Origin: a phage
Length of the DNA: 64,000 nucleotides
Strand: one strand, 5' to 3'
Sequence record: PZ151149.1
Shown: one piece after another, positions 47,340 to 56,924 of the stretch
Layout of the letters: the number at the start of each line of letters is the position of its first letter
How positions within the stretch are numbered: the first letter of the stretch is position 1
Notes under the pieces: model-generated
What the model was told of the DNA's origin: nothing
Database searches by the model: none
The model's input: only the letters and a program-made list of their open reading frames with translations
Position numbers and translations under genes: made by a program

Positions 47340-47644
47340 TAGAAACCCTTACGTCGTGCTTTCTGGCATTTCTTGATCATTTTATCAGAAATTTCGCGCT
47401 TAGGTGCAATCTCTTTCACACCGAAAGCACTAATGCCAAATTCAGAGAGAATATATTCAACCAACAATTCACGCACACGCGTTTTACCGATATTCACGCC
47501 GTTATTTTTCAGATATGTCTGGCCTTCGACTTGCATCAGATCTAAATCTGCGTCGGTAATATTGATTTCTTCCATGCGCCCAAATCGAGAATAAACCATG
47601 TGTGCGATTGCATTGTGTACTAACATAATATATTCCTCACTCAA
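47339..47644 (-). CDS. hypothetical protein
   Basis: 101 aa ORF. Confidence 0.5.
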   Translation of the reverse strand: MSEEYIMLVHNAIAHMVYSRFGRMEEINITDADLDLMQVEGQTYLKNNGVNIGKTRVRELLVEYILSEFGISAFGVKEIAPKREISDKMIKKCQKARRKGF

Positions 47645-47795
47645 GAATTACTTAATGATACTTACTTTACCAGATCCATGACAATGAGCGCAACACCCAT
47701 CACCACGCAATCCTGTTCCGTTACAGTGTTTACACTTCTTCAACGGTAAAGTCATTATAGCAAATAAAGCAATAATGAACACCGAAACTAAATTC

Positions 47796-48065
47796 TCAAT
47801 AATCATAAATCGCCCTCAGTTCTTTATAGCCTCCAATGTGCTCGTTGTCAATGAATATCTGGGGGTATACAAACCGGAGGCTCTTTGAGTTTAGCCTCCC
47901 CGCCAGTTCTTCAATCATATCACGGTCGGGAATAATGTCAACCCCGACCTGCTTGAATACTGGTTTAAGTGTATACGGAATACCCAGATCATCCAGTAGC
48001 TTCATTGCACCAATACAACCATAACAATGATAAGCCTCTTTCGGTATGCCGTATATCTCGATCAT
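47796..48065 (-). CDS. glutaredoxin-like protein (NrdH-like)
   Basis: 89 aa; CYGC redox motif near the N-terminus; C-terminal YPQIFID...IGGY glutaredoxin-fold pattern. Confidence 0.7.
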   Translation of the reverse strand: MIEIYGIPKEAYHCYGCIGAMKLLDDLGIPYTLKPVFKQVGVDIIPDRDMIEELAGRLNSKSLRFVYPQIFIDNEHIGGYKELRAIYDY

Positions 48066-48562
48066 TTCTCAGCCTTTAATCTTTCTAGTTCTTCTTCCAG
48101 TTCCTTGATCCGTTGGTCACGTTCAAAGTCACGCTGTAGCTTAGTGGCAAATACTCGCTTAAACTGATTGTAATCATCGATTTTAAACACTTCTTCTTCG
48201 CCATAGCGACGCACAGAAACTTCGTAGTTATTGAAGAATTGTTGCATCATTGCTTCGGATGATAGCTCTGCTGATACCACTTTAAAATATTGATCTTCTG
48301 TAGGCGAAAACCAATTACAAGCATAAAGATAAACCTTTTCATTGTCTGGACACTGGTAAGCCTTACCATCGATTTCAATCACAGAAACATATTCAGGTAT
48401 ACTAGATGAATCAATAGCTAAGACTTTAAACGCACGGTCCCCGATAAACTCGGAGATCACACGATTCGCATCACTGGTTGCAAATGCTTTACGCGCTTGT
48501 TCGTTTTTCCACTGATAGGTCATACCAACAACAAACATATTACCAACCTCGCTCTTTACCAA
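48062..48562 (-). CDS. modular paralog family member A
   Basis: 166 aa; W/Y..GKTY..., ...IEIDG..., ...FF/YFK.V module plus C-terminal coiled coil ELEEELERLKAEK. Confidence 0.55.
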   Translation of the reverse strand: MVKSEVGNMFVVGMTYQWKNEQARKAFATSDANRVISEFIGDRAFKVLAIDSSSIPEYVSVIEIDGKAYQCPDNEKVYLYACNWFSPTEDQYFKVVSAELSSEAMMQQFFNNYEVSVRRYGEEEVFKIDDYNQFKRVFATKLQRDFERDQRIKELEEELERLKAEK

Positions 48563-49364
48563 TCAAAAATTCAACTTCACGACGTTTAATGTCTTCTTGA
48601 AGGTCTTTAATCTTCTGGCGATCTTGCATGATTTCATCCATCTTGTCAAGTGCTGTAATGAAGTCATCGAAACGTTCAAAGGTTTTACCTTCATTTGCTT
48701 CGCCAAATTTAACCATTGTCAGGCCGTAACGACTACTAAACAGACGTTTCAACTGTCCAACGATTTTAGAATCAGTGGTTATAACTTCCAATTCTTCTAC
48801 TTCACGAAAGAATTTTCTATCAGAATCAATAAACCAGCTAGTTCCTTTATGGTCTCTATCTTCGGTTGCGCTCATTAGAGTATGGTCTTTACCATCAATT
48901 TCAATTACATCAATTTGCCCACATGGACTAACATTTTTAACAGTAAAAGGTCTATAATTTATTGCTCGTGCAATAACATAATTAAGGTTAGATACGTTTT
49001 CAGCATAATGACAGAAGTCGGTCATAGCCTTATCATCTTTCCAAGTATAAGTTTTACCAACTTCCCATTTCTGGGGAACTTCTTCAACTTCACGAAAGAA
49101 TTTTCTATCAAATGGACTAAACAAATATGTTGACTTCCAAATGTCTTTTCCTGTAGCAGTTTTCGCCGTATGATAAACACCGTCTAGCTCTATTGCATCA
49201 ATCCAACCGTTACCCTCGATCTCGATGATGGTAAATGGCTTGTCACCAATAGCTGCACTAATATCGCTGTTAAGTGGAGAAAGAACACCTTCTCCGTTAG
49301 TAATAAACTCAGTTTTAGCGTTTTCGTCTTTCCAAGTGTAAGTTTTACCAATTTCCCATTTCAT
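48540..49364 (-). CDS. modular paralog family member B (two tandem modules)
   Basis: 274 aa; two copies of WE.GKTYTWKD...IEIDG...RKFFREVEE, then coiled coil. Confidence 0.55.
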   Translation of the reverse strand: MKWEIGKTYTWKDENAKTEFITNGEGVLSPLNSDISAAIGDKPFTIIEIEGNGWIDAIELDGVYHTAKTATGKDIWKSTYLFSPFDRKFFREVEEVPQKWEVGKTYTWKDDKAMTDFCHYAENVSNLNYVIARAINYRPFTVKNVSPCGQIDVIEIDGKDHTLMSATEDRDHKGTSWFIDSDRKFFREVEELEVITTDSKIVGQLKRLFSSRYGLTMVKFGEANEGKTFERFDDFITALDKMDEIMQDRQKIKDLQEDIKRREVEFLIGKERGW

Positions 49365-49376
49365 AATATATTCCCC

Positions 49377-49877
49377 TTAACCGATTTTATCAAGTTCGTT
49401 TAACGCTTTCTCTGCTTCCTGTATAGCTTGCACCCTTTCCGGCATTTTGTCAAGAAAATCTTTCAACTCTTCAAAACTGGAGATATGACGCAAGGCGTTA
49501 GCACCGATAGCCGCATGTGATTTGCATTCAAAGCGGATTTTATAATTATCCATAGCCAATTTGAGAAGATCAATTAGATCATGTTCATGACCAGGCAATA
49601 AAACTTCTTTGAAGCACGCTCGGTCGGCATCGGAAAACCATATATTATCACCAACATCGATAGAACTAATATAATCCCCTTCGTGATTATAGATTGAACG
49701 TACATTACCCCAACGGTCTACCGTAGCGACAGTAAATGGTTTATCTAGATATGTAAACACACCATCAATATTAGGTTTTTGTTCGTAACGCCAACCATCA
49801 CGCAAAATACGCTTTTCGTCCTCACCAACCAACTTATATGTCTTCCCTTCTTCCCATTTCATAATATCATCTCTCAT
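49377..49877 (-). CDS. modular paralog family member C
   Basis: 166 aa; MKWEEGKTYKL start, same module architecture. Confidence 0.55.
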   Translation of the reverse strand: MRDDIMKWEEGKTYKLVGEDEKRILRDGWRYEQKPNIDGVFTYLDKPFTVATVDRWGNVRSIYNHEGDYISSIDVGDNIWFSDADRACFKEVLLPGHEHDLIDLLKLAMDNYKIRFECKSHAAIGANALRHISSFEELKDFLDKMPERVQAIQEAEKALNELDKIG

Positions 49878-50403
49878 TTTTGATACGTGATTCTAATTGG
49901 ATCATACGGTCGCGCGTTTGCTTATATTCGCGGATAGCACCGATTCGGCTAGGCATACCATCCAGTACGCTCTTAATACCTTCTAGGGTAGTGATTTTAG
50001 CAATGCTATTATGCAATCCTGTCTTATCGATCAACTGAATGTCGTAGGCTTCCATAAGCAGACCCAGACGTTCTAAAGTTAGGTCTTCTTCTTTTTCTTC
50101 CGATTCTGGAATCTTAGGTTCAATAGTAACTTCGGTAAAGAAACGACGCTCACCCGACCAAAACCACACGCCGGAACAGCCAATAGGGGATTCTTTTAAC
50201 GTCATAGAGTCGAAATTACTACCAATAATAGTAATTTCTCTAACATCACCATCATCATCAAGGTCTTCTACCCTAAACGGGCGACCAGCCAACAAGTCAA
50301 CAATACATCTGTTAATAGACGACGAAAATTTAGTCAGTTCGGCTTTCGACGCTTCGCATTCAATCTTGTAAGTTTTACCAACTTCCCATTCCATAATAAT
50401 CAC
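49867..50403 (-). CDS. modular paralog family member D
   Basis: 178 aa; MEWEVGKTYKI start, ...RRFFTEV, C-terminal helical region. Confidence 0.55.
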   Translation of the reverse strand: MIIMEWEVGKTYKIECEASKAELTKFSSSINRCIVDLLAGRPFRVEDLDDDGDVREITIIGSNFDSMTLKESPIGCSGVWFWSGERRFFTEVTIEPKIPESEEKEEDLTLERLGLLMEAYDIQLIDKTGLHNSIAKITTLEGIKSVLDGMPSRIGAIREYKQTRDRMIQLESRIKNER

Positions 50404-50404
50404 C

Positions 50405-50914
50405 TCAAATAATTTTCACTGGAATACTATTAACAATCTTGTATTGTACTTGATTGTCAGACCCCCGCCACGGCTTCTTCGTTGGCATATCTTTAATATA
50501 ACGCCCATCGATGAACATGTCAACTGATTCTACAATTTTTCTTTGCTCATCATTCAATTGGTCAAGGGTATAACCAGACCATAGCCAAATATCTTTATTT
50601 GGCATCCATGATTTTACTTCATCGATGATCCGCTGTACACCCTTTAAATTGCGTTTATACAGTGGATCACCGCCTAAGAATGTTAGCCCCTGAATAAAAT
50701 CAGGTCTAAGCAGATCCAGAATCAATCCCATTGTGTCATCAGTGAATGGTTCCCCGTTCTTAGGATTGAGTAGACTGGAATTAAAGCAACCATCACATGC
50801 GTGTGAACATCCGGTAACGTAAAGGGAGACTCTCACTCCCTCACCGTTAACCATATCACAATCTTTAATATCGGCATAGCGTAGTTTGCCGTATGTATCA
50901 GAACTCATATTCAA
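50405..50914 (-). CDS. nrdG: anaerobic ribonucleotide reductase activating protein (radical SAM)
   Basis: 169 aa; CSHACDGC (CxxxCxxC) cluster motif; downstream of nrdD as in T4. Confidence 0.85.
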   Translation of the reverse strand: MNMSSDTYGKLRYADIKDCDMVNGEGVRVSLYVTGCSHACDGCFNSSLLNPKNGEPFTDDTMGLILDLLRPDFIQGLTFLGGDPLYKRNLKGVQRIIDEVKSWMPNKDIWLWSGYTLDQLNDEQRKIVESVDMFIDGRYIKDMPTKKPWRGSDNQVQYKIVNSIPVKII

Positions 50915-51050
50915 TTACCCCGAACTCGTTTACAATCTGCGCTTTATAGTAACCGCCGCGAGATGCTAATAGATAAGCTGGGCTTAGGTATTCGTATTCA
51001 CGGATTTCTACTTGTGCGTTTTCAGTTTCCCAAATCAGTAAAGTCCACAT
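50898..51050 (-). CDS. hypothetical small protein
   Basis: 50 aa from the ATG at 51050 (AGGAGAATCAAAT SD); the track start lies inside the promoter cassette. Confidence 0.4.
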   Translation of the reverse strand: MWTLLIWETENAQVEIREYEYLSPAYLLASRGGYYKAQIVNEFGVIEYEF

Positions 51051-51089
51051 ATTTGATTCTCCTGTAAAGTTGTATCTCGTCTTGATGAA

Positions 51090-51122
51090 TATAGTATAGG
51101 GGATCTCGCGATCCCCGTCAAG
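51090..51122 (-). promoter_or_regulatory. early promoter with stem-loop (PeSL-like)
   Basis: TTGACG, hairpin GGGGATC-gcga-GATCCCC in the spacer, TATACT. Confidence 0.55.
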
Positions 51123-51125
51123 CAT

Positions 51126-51674
51126 TTATTTTAAATTTTTTCGAATGTATTCAGACCATTCCTTCCCCGTCATTTCGGACCCATTCTGGAAACTGAAATA
51201 TTCATACGGCATCGAGTCAAGATAAAACAGGATCATACATCGCGCCATATAATACCAATCACGATTAAAGTAAACTACGTTATCACCAGTACCATCAACC
51301 CCTTTATCATAACCATCGCGGGTACGGGCTACCCATTGAATAGTATCATTTTTCTCACGGATAGTAACAGGTTCCCAATATCCAGCACATCCAGCATGAC
51401 CACACGAACAAGTAAGGAAGTATTGGCCTTTTGCTTTGTTGTCATCCCATTCACGATGGATTGGTTTGATCTCGTGAAACAGTGCCAAGCAATCATGATT
51501 ATGCAACACTGGCTTACCATCAATCAATGCATGGAATGTATACAAACGACCAGTAGACAAATAGCTATCCTCACGCTCACAGAGTTCAATAGCAATCTTT
51601 TTAGCTTGTTCTTTGTGCCGTTGTGCTTTACGCTTACGGTTTAATGATTTCATATTCACCTCACACATTATCAA
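51126..51674 (-). CDS. hypothetical Cys/His-rich protein
   Basis: 182 aa; CSCGHAGCAGYW segment. Confidence 0.5.
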   Translation of the reverse strand: MIMCEVNMKSLNRKRKAQRHKEQAKKIAIELCEREDSYLSTGRLYTFHALIDGKPVLHNHDCLALFHEIKPIHREWDDNKAKGQYFLTCSCGHAGCAGYWEPVTIREKNDTIQWVARTRDGYDKGVDGTGDNVVYFNRDWYYMARCMILFYLDSMPYEYFSFQNGSEMTGKEWSEYIRKNLK

Positions 51675-52216
51675 AGGTCGCGATATAGCACATTATGAAA
51701 ATGAGAACTTGCATTACCAATATTGTAGATAATAAATTCTTCATCCGGCGCTTGCGCTACAAATTGAGTATGAGCAACCGCTACAACCTTAAAAATACGA
51801 TCCGTAATCTTGTGTTTAATTTCTGCTCCTACTTCCATAGGAACATATTCATGTGTTTCTGTTTCAGTCGCAAAACAGCTATCTTCTTCATAAGCACGAA
51901 CAAATCGATCGCAATCAGTACGCTTAACAAATTCAAGAGTATATAATTCTCGTGAATTGTCGGTATAGACCAATACAGAATTATTCTGATAGCGAATCAC
52001 ATACAGGTTATTATCATCGTCAAGTACACAAAAGCTACGGATTTGTGTTCCTTCGCCTTTACTCCAGCAGATATTAACCACGGTTCCTCTAATAAAAAAA
52101 CTTTCCTTTAAATTAAAACTAGCCAATGTGCTAGCGTGCATTTTAACAACAACACCATCACCAATTTCCAGTTTACGAAGTTTAACTTCTTTGCTCAGTA
52201 CACAAAACATCATCAT
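51671..52216 (-). CDS. hypothetical protein
   Basis: 181 aa; GAGAGGA SD. Confidence 0.5.
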   Translation of the reverse strand: MMMFCVLSKEVKLRKLEIGDGVVVKMHASTLASFNLKESFFIRGTVVNICWSKGEGTQIRSFCVLDDDNNLYVIRYQNNSVLVYTDNSRELYTLEFVKRTDCDRFVRAYEEDSCFATETETHEYVPMEVGAEIKHKITDRIFKVVAVAHTQFVAQAPDEEFIIYNIGNASSHFHNVLYRDL

Positions 52217-52243
52217 GTTGTCCTCTCGTTGTTTTCGATGTGA

Positions 52244-52274
52244 GCATTATACATTAGCTAATCAGGTTGTCAAC
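52244..52274 (-). promoter_or_regulatory. early promoter (sigma70-like)
   Basis: TTGACA, 16 nt, TATAAT on minus strand, just downstream of the nrdD terminator. Confidence 0.5.
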
Positions 52275-52287
52275 ACCCCAAAACGAA

Positions 52288-52312
52288 AAAGCCGACCCTT
52301 TCGGATCGGCTA
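52288..52312 (-). terminator. rho-independent terminator after nrdD
   Basis: Minus strand AGCCGA...TCGGCT hairpin followed by TTTTCGTTTT. Confidence 0.55.
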
Positions 52313-52316
52313 AAAA

Positions 52317-54179
52317 TTACATGTGCTTAACGCGGTTTACCATCTCGGAGTGTTTCCCGTGGTTAAATGGACGCAGATCAACAGATCCAAGATATCCACT
52401 AACGCGACGGATAACATTCATCTTTTCCAGATTGTCGTTGCCGCAATCAGGACAAACAAAACCAGACTCGGTCGCTCTCATTTCCTTATTAGATCCGCAT
52501 ACATGACATACATCAGAAGGAGTATTAACACCGAAGTAGTGCAATTTATCCATTGCATAGTCTACTACAGTTTCAAGACCTTTCAGGTTGTTTTTCATGT
52601 CTGGGAACTCAACATAAGAGATCATGCCACCGGACGCCAGCCAGTGATAATCTTTCTCAAAGTCAATTTTCTCAAATGGAGTGACTTTCCGGTCTACGTC
52701 AAGGTGGAATGAGTTGGTGTACCAGTCTTTATCGGTAGCACCCTTAACAATACCAAATTGCTCTCGGTCCAGTCGATTAAATCGATAGCAAAGGCTCTCG
52801 GCTGGCGTACCGTAAAGACTAAACCCAAGTCCGGTTTCTTCCTTCCATTTGTCAGTATAATGACGCAGGATTTTAAGAATATGTTTACCGTATCGCTGCG
52901 CATCTTCCGAATCAAACGGATGAACACCAAACAGGACGCTCAATACCTCATGTAAACCAATATACCCAAGAGAGATACTAGCGCGACCATCTTTCAACAC
53001 TTCCAAAATTTCATCGTTTTGATGAATACGGAAAAATGCACCTTCTGTATACAGCACCGGAGCAACATTGGCTTTAGCCCCTTTTAAAGCGTCTACGCGA
53101 CTCATGAGCGCATCAAAGCAAATAGGCATACGATTAGCTAGCTCTTGTTCGAATAGCTCAATTCTGCGCATTACAGACGCTTTACCAGCACGACGAGCGG
53201 CAATAAGGGCAATACGCGGAAGATTCAGAGTCACAACACCTAAGTTATTACGTCCGTCTAATACTTCCTCGCCTTTCTCATTATGCCACACACCCAGGAA
53301 GCTACGACAACCCATCGGGCTAACCGGAACACTAGATCCGGTGATACTACGGTTATTCTTCGCAGAGATATAATCAGGGTAAAGACGCTTACTAGAACAT
53401 TCCAATGCAAGTTGCTTAATGTCGTAGTTCGGATCTTCCGGTTTAAGGTTTAATCCTTCTTCTAAGAACATCACCAGCTTAGGAAACACCGGAGTGATAC
53501 CATCTTTACCTAAACCTTTAGTTCGAACTTTCAGGATCGCTTTCTGAATCAGTTTTTCTTCCCAGCTAGTCCCCATACCAAATGTTAAAGTCACAAAAGG
53601 TGTTTGACCGTTGGTGGAGAACAAAGTGTTGATTTCATATTCCAACGCTTGATACCCGTCTAGCGTTTCTTTTTCTGTCTTCTCTTGTGCATAGAGAGTA
53701 TCCGCTTTGATTCCGTAGGTTTCGGCATCAGCAAGGTGTTTATGATATGTTTTCTCAACGTATGGCGCTAAAACCTGATCGATGTTTGCAATTGTGGTCC
53801 CGCCATATTGATGACTTGCCACCTGTGCGATAATTTGAGCGGTTACAGCACAAGCAACGCCGATTGATTTCGGACTTTCGATTTGTGCGCTACCCAATTT
53901 AAAACCATTCTCTAACATGTCTTTGAGATTAACAAGACAGCAGTTAGTAAACGGCATAGCGGGTGCATAATCCATATCATGATAATGAATGTCACCGTCT
54001 ACATGCGCTTTATAGATGTGCTCAGGTAACACGGTTTTAGCAATCTGTTTAGACACAGCACCAGCAATCAGATCTCGACGTGTCGGGAATGTTCGCGCGT
54101 CTTTGTTCGCGTTCTCTTTGCTTACTTCGTTTTCTTTACCCGTTGCGATCTCTGTAATGTCTTTGATTAGTTTTTCCAT
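52317..54179 (-). CDS. nrdD: anaerobic ribonucleoside-triphosphate reductase
   Basis: 620 aa (T4 NrdD 605); C-terminal glycyl-radical region RVSGYLGS and Cys cluster CHVCGS...CPDCG. Confidence 0.9.
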   Translation of the reverse strand: MEKLIKDITEIATGKENEVSKENANKDARTFPTRRDLIAGAVSKQIAKTVLPEHIYKAHVDGDIHYHDMDYAPAMPFTNCCLVNLKDMLENGFKLGSAQIESPKSIGVACAVTAQIIAQVASHQYGGTTIANIDQVLAPYVEKTYHKHLADAETYGIKADTLYAQEKTEKETLDGYQALEYEINTLFSTNGQTPFVTLTFGMGTSWEEKLIQKAILKVRTKGLGKDGITPVFPKLVMFLEEGLNLKPEDPNYDIKQLALECSSKRLYPDYISAKNNRSITGSSVPVSPMGCRSFLGVWHNEKGEEVLDGRNNLGVVTLNLPRIALIAARRAGKASVMRRIELFEQELANRMPICFDALMSRVDALKGAKANVAPVLYTEGAFFRIHQNDEILEVLKDGRASISLGYIGLHEVLSVLFGVHPFDSEDAQRYGKHILKILRHYTDKWKEETGLGFSLYGTPAESLCYRFNRLDREQFGIVKGATDKDWYTNSFHLDVDRKVTPFEKIDFEKDYHWLASGGMISYVEFPDMKNNLKGLETVVDYAMDKLHYFGVNTPSDVCHVCGSNKEMRATESGFVCPDCGNDNLEKMNVIRRVSGYLGSVDLRPFNHGKHSEMVNRVKHM

Positions 54180-54223
54180 TGTATCACCTATGAAAAAGCG
54201 GGATTTCTCCCGCTCGTTGATAG

Positions 54224-54718
54224 TTATTTTACCAGTTCTGCTAATTCTTTTTCCGCCGCTTCCAGTTCAGCTTTCAGTTGTTTGATCTCTTGTCGCTTCT
54301 TATTAGCGGCTTCCTGCTTACTATTTCGGATAATCTGATCTAGATACAACTCCCAATCCTGAATATTTTTGATAATGTAGCCGTCAACATTAATTGGTCG
54401 GAGATTCAGTACAGCTTCCAGTTTAGTTGCAAAAACTTTAATTGCTGGTGTGAAGTATTCATATTCGTTATCTTCAAACCAATAACCTAGACTTGCATTA
54501 TCAATACTAAGACGAAGTTCAAGATCAAGGTCTTTATCTTCGGTGTATAGGTCTTTTACACCCCCCATCGAACCAACAACAACTTTAAAACGAATTTTAT
54601 CAACACCACCAAACACATCAGTAAGGATACCAGCAATTGAGCTATTAGCGCAAGATTGGTCGCTGAATGCGTCAAGGTTTTCTTTAGTTACAGTATACCA
54701 AACATCTTGTTTCCACAT
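54224..54718 (-). CDS. modular paralog family member (divergent)
   Basis: 164 aa; C-terminal coiled coil KQLKAELEAAEKELAEL; PeSL-like cassette upstream. Confidence 0.5.
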   Translation of the reverse strand: MWKQDVWYTVTKENLDAFSDQSCANSSIAGILTDVFGGVDKIRFKVVVGSMGGVKDLYTEDKDLDLELRLSIDNASLGYWFEDNEYEYFTPAIKVFATKLEAVLNLRPINVDGYIIKNIQDWELYLDQIIRNSKQEAANKKRQEIKQLKAELEAAEKELAELVK

Positions 54719-54740
54719 AATATAATCCTCTCGTTGTTAA

Positions 54741-54777
54741 GTGGGAGTATTATAGCATACTCCCTTCGCATGTCAAG
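54741..54777 (-). promoter_or_regulatory. early promoter with stem-loop (PeSL-like)
   Basis: TTGACA, TATAAT inside the loop of GGGAGTA...TACTCCC; then GAGAGGATTATA-ATG. Confidence 0.6.
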
Positions 54778-55951
54778 CACTAACTTTTTTCTTTACTGCT
54801 TTCACCTTCTGGCGAATTGCTCGAATCTCTTCGATCTCTTTTTCAGTCTCTTTAACAATTTCTTTGCGATTCTGAATATCTGTATCGAGATTATCATCAA
54901 GTTTAGGCAGCATGTCAATCAAGAACTTTTTAAAGTCTTTCAGGTTTCGAATAACAGCACCTTCGCCCATTACCGCAACACCCACACCATCCGGCAGATC
55001 ACCAAACAGCTTAACCAGTTCAGACAGATGATCATGATCTTCTAGTGCTTCTTCCGGTTCAGATGGCAGTTCAACAAAGTTATAACGTTCATCATTGCTG
55101 ATCAAGTGATACCAGCAAAGCCCGAAAGATTTCGGTGTATATTCTACACCATCAATTTCAACCGCGTCAACACTTCCATAATCATCTACTTTAGTTACCT
55201 TAAATCCTTGTCCCAGCTTTTGAACAATTTCAACAACATGACTTGATACAGTTTCAGCGGTAAACCAATATGGCAAATTATGCTGATTTGGCTTGTAGCG
55301 TTCACCTACTTTAAATCTCTGACCATCCGCTTGCATAGAATGAAATTGTTGTTTCGTGATTTCCGCGAAGTATTCAAATTCGCCACCATCAAACACACAA
55401 GCCCATTGATCACAAAAACGATCTGCCTTAACAGTTTCACCTTTCGCGGTGATCATGGTAGCTGATCCGTGCAATTCTTCTTCAACTAAAAAGCCATATT
55501 CGACAAAATCAACAAGTTTCATAGCTTCTTTGTGATCTGGATCATGCTCTCCCCAGAATCGCTTAAATTCTTGCAAACCTTCTGGGGTAAACGAATAACA
55601 TTTACCTTTTTCAAAGTAAGTCGGCATTGCATCCTCTTTCTTGTTCATCGCTTCGTATGCCTCTTTTGAGATACGTTTAAAGTATTTGCGCTCATTGTGC
55701 ATAATCATAGTAGACCAATAATAAACGATATCCTCAGCGGAATAAACTACATCTCCAGCTTCAATAGTAATAACATGACCGTGGTCATCTTTTTCTAATA
55801 CTTTAAAGCCCTTTTCTACGATTTCAGCAACCCGAATATGACCACGGCGCGAAGCATCGGTCAGATTAATTGAATAGCGAGAAAAGTCTAGAAACTCATC
55901 TTTACCACCTTCACGGAATGCATAGTAATGACCTTCAAAGAATTTAGCCAT
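54773..55951 (-). CDS. modular paralog family member (three tandem modules)
   Basis: 392 aa; repeated GF.V..VD..G.V..IEIDG...ERKYFKRI modules and C-terminal NLKDFKKFLID coiled-coil region. Confidence 0.55.
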   Translation of the reverse strand: MAKFFEGHYYAFREGGKDEFLDFSRYSINLTDASRRGHIRVAEIVEKGFKVLEKDDHGHVITIEAGDVVYSAEDIVYYWSTMIMHNERKYFKRISKEAYEAMNKKEDAMPTYFEKGKCYSFTPEGLQEFKRFWGEHDPDHKEAMKLVDFVEYGFLVEEELHGSATMITAKGETVKADRFCDQWACVFDGGEFEYFAEITKQQFHSMQADGQRFKVGERYKPNQHNLPYWFTAETVSSHVVEIVQKLGQGFKVTKVDDYGSVDAVEIDGVEYTPKSFGLCWYHLISNDERYNFVELPSEPEEALEDHDHLSELVKLFGDLPDGVGVAVMGEGAVIRNLKDFKKFLIDMLPKLDDNLDTDIQNRKEIVKETEKEIEEIRAIRQKVKAVKKKVSA

Positions 55952-55975
55952 AATATAATCCTCTCGTTGTTTAAA

Positions 55976-56012
55976 TGGGAGTATCTTACTACTCCCGTTT
56001 CATCATGTCAAG
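55976..56012 (-). promoter_or_regulatory. early promoter with stem-loop (PeSL-like)
   Basis: TTGACA, GGGAGTA-gtaaga-TACTCCC, then GAGAGGATTAT SD. Confidence 0.6.
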
Positions 56013-56592
56013 CGTTAAATGACTTTTGGATCTCTTTCAGTTCAGCTACTTTATCGGCGCTGAATTTAGCGTAGGTATCATGTCGAATAATTTCACTTTC
56101 GAGAAAGGTTTCCAGCCGAGATCTATTTTCAATAAGGAACTCTTTCAGGTCTTCCGCGTTCTTGATAAAGATTTTATTGTCAGTAATGTCATCTTCAATC
56201 GCAAAGGAGATCGAGCGAACTTTACCAAACAAGTTAATCAGATCTTCCAGAGATTCTTCTTTCTTAATTGGTTTCATTTCTTCAAACTGCTTTTTAGTGA
56301 TTCGTTTAAAGTATTTGCGCTCGTTTGCAGCAATCAGAACAGATGCACCTTCATACTCATGAGTTTCTACCAGATACACACGCCCCATCGCATCAACAGT
56401 GAGAACTTTAAAGCCGTTACAAAGCACGTCATACAAGAACTTATTATGTTGCGGACATCGTTTGATAAATTCCTCTGCGGACTCAGCATTACGGAAAGTG
56501 TAATAACGACCTCGTTCAAAAACAGCATCAGTTGAAGACTTAGCCGGATACAATTTATACGTTTTCTGTACCATAATATAATCCTCTATCAT
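56008..56592 (-). CDS. modular paralog family member
   Basis: 194 aa; NGFKVLTVD..G.V, ERKYFKRITK, AEDLKEFLIENRS blocks shared with 54773..55951. Confidence 0.55.
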   Translation of the reverse strand: MIEDYIMVQKTYKLYPAKSSTDAVFERGRYYTFRNAESAEEFIKRCPQHNKFLYDVLCNGFKVLTVDAMGRVYLVETHEYEGASVLIAANERKYFKRITKKQFEEMKPIKKEESLEDLINLFGKVRSISFAIEDDITDNKIFIKNAEDLKEFLIENRSRLETFLESEIIRHDTYAKFSADKVAELKEIQKSFNA

Positions 56593-56861
56593 TTCACTAA
56601 TTGAACAGCACGAAACAGAATGCGGTCACACGGAAGAAGCATAAATTCCCAACGCGAATCAAAGTCTTTAGCGGTATATGTTTTCCCATCAACCGAGATT
56701 TCACTTACATAACCAATAGGTGACACTTTAAGAACAGTAAACCCATTCTTGATGACTTCGTAGGTATCTTTCAAACCTTCGTAGTCATCCTCTAGGAAGT
56801 CTTTACGTGCTTGCTCAGATTTAAAAACATAGGCCACACCGGATTTAAACATCTTACGCAT
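56589..56861 (-). CDS. modular paralog family member (single module)
   Basis: 90 aa; KSEQARKDF...NGFTVLKV...SVDGKTY; AAGGAGAATCAACA SD. Confidence 0.5.
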   Translation of the reverse strand: MRKMFKSGVAYVFKSEQARKDFLEDDYEGLKDTYEVIKNGFTVLKVSPIGYVSEISVDGKTYTAKDFDSRWEFMLLPCDRILFRAVQLVK

Positions 56862-56884
56862 TGTTGATTCTCCTTCTTGATTAG

Positions 56885-56922
56885 ATGGGAGTATTTTACT
56901 ACTCCCATTTCATGCTGTCAAC
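56885..56922 (-). promoter_or_regulatory. early promoter with stem-loop (PeSL-like)
   Basis: TTGACA, GGGAGTA...TACTCCC hairpin, then SD. Confidence 0.6.
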
Positions 56923-56924
56923 TA

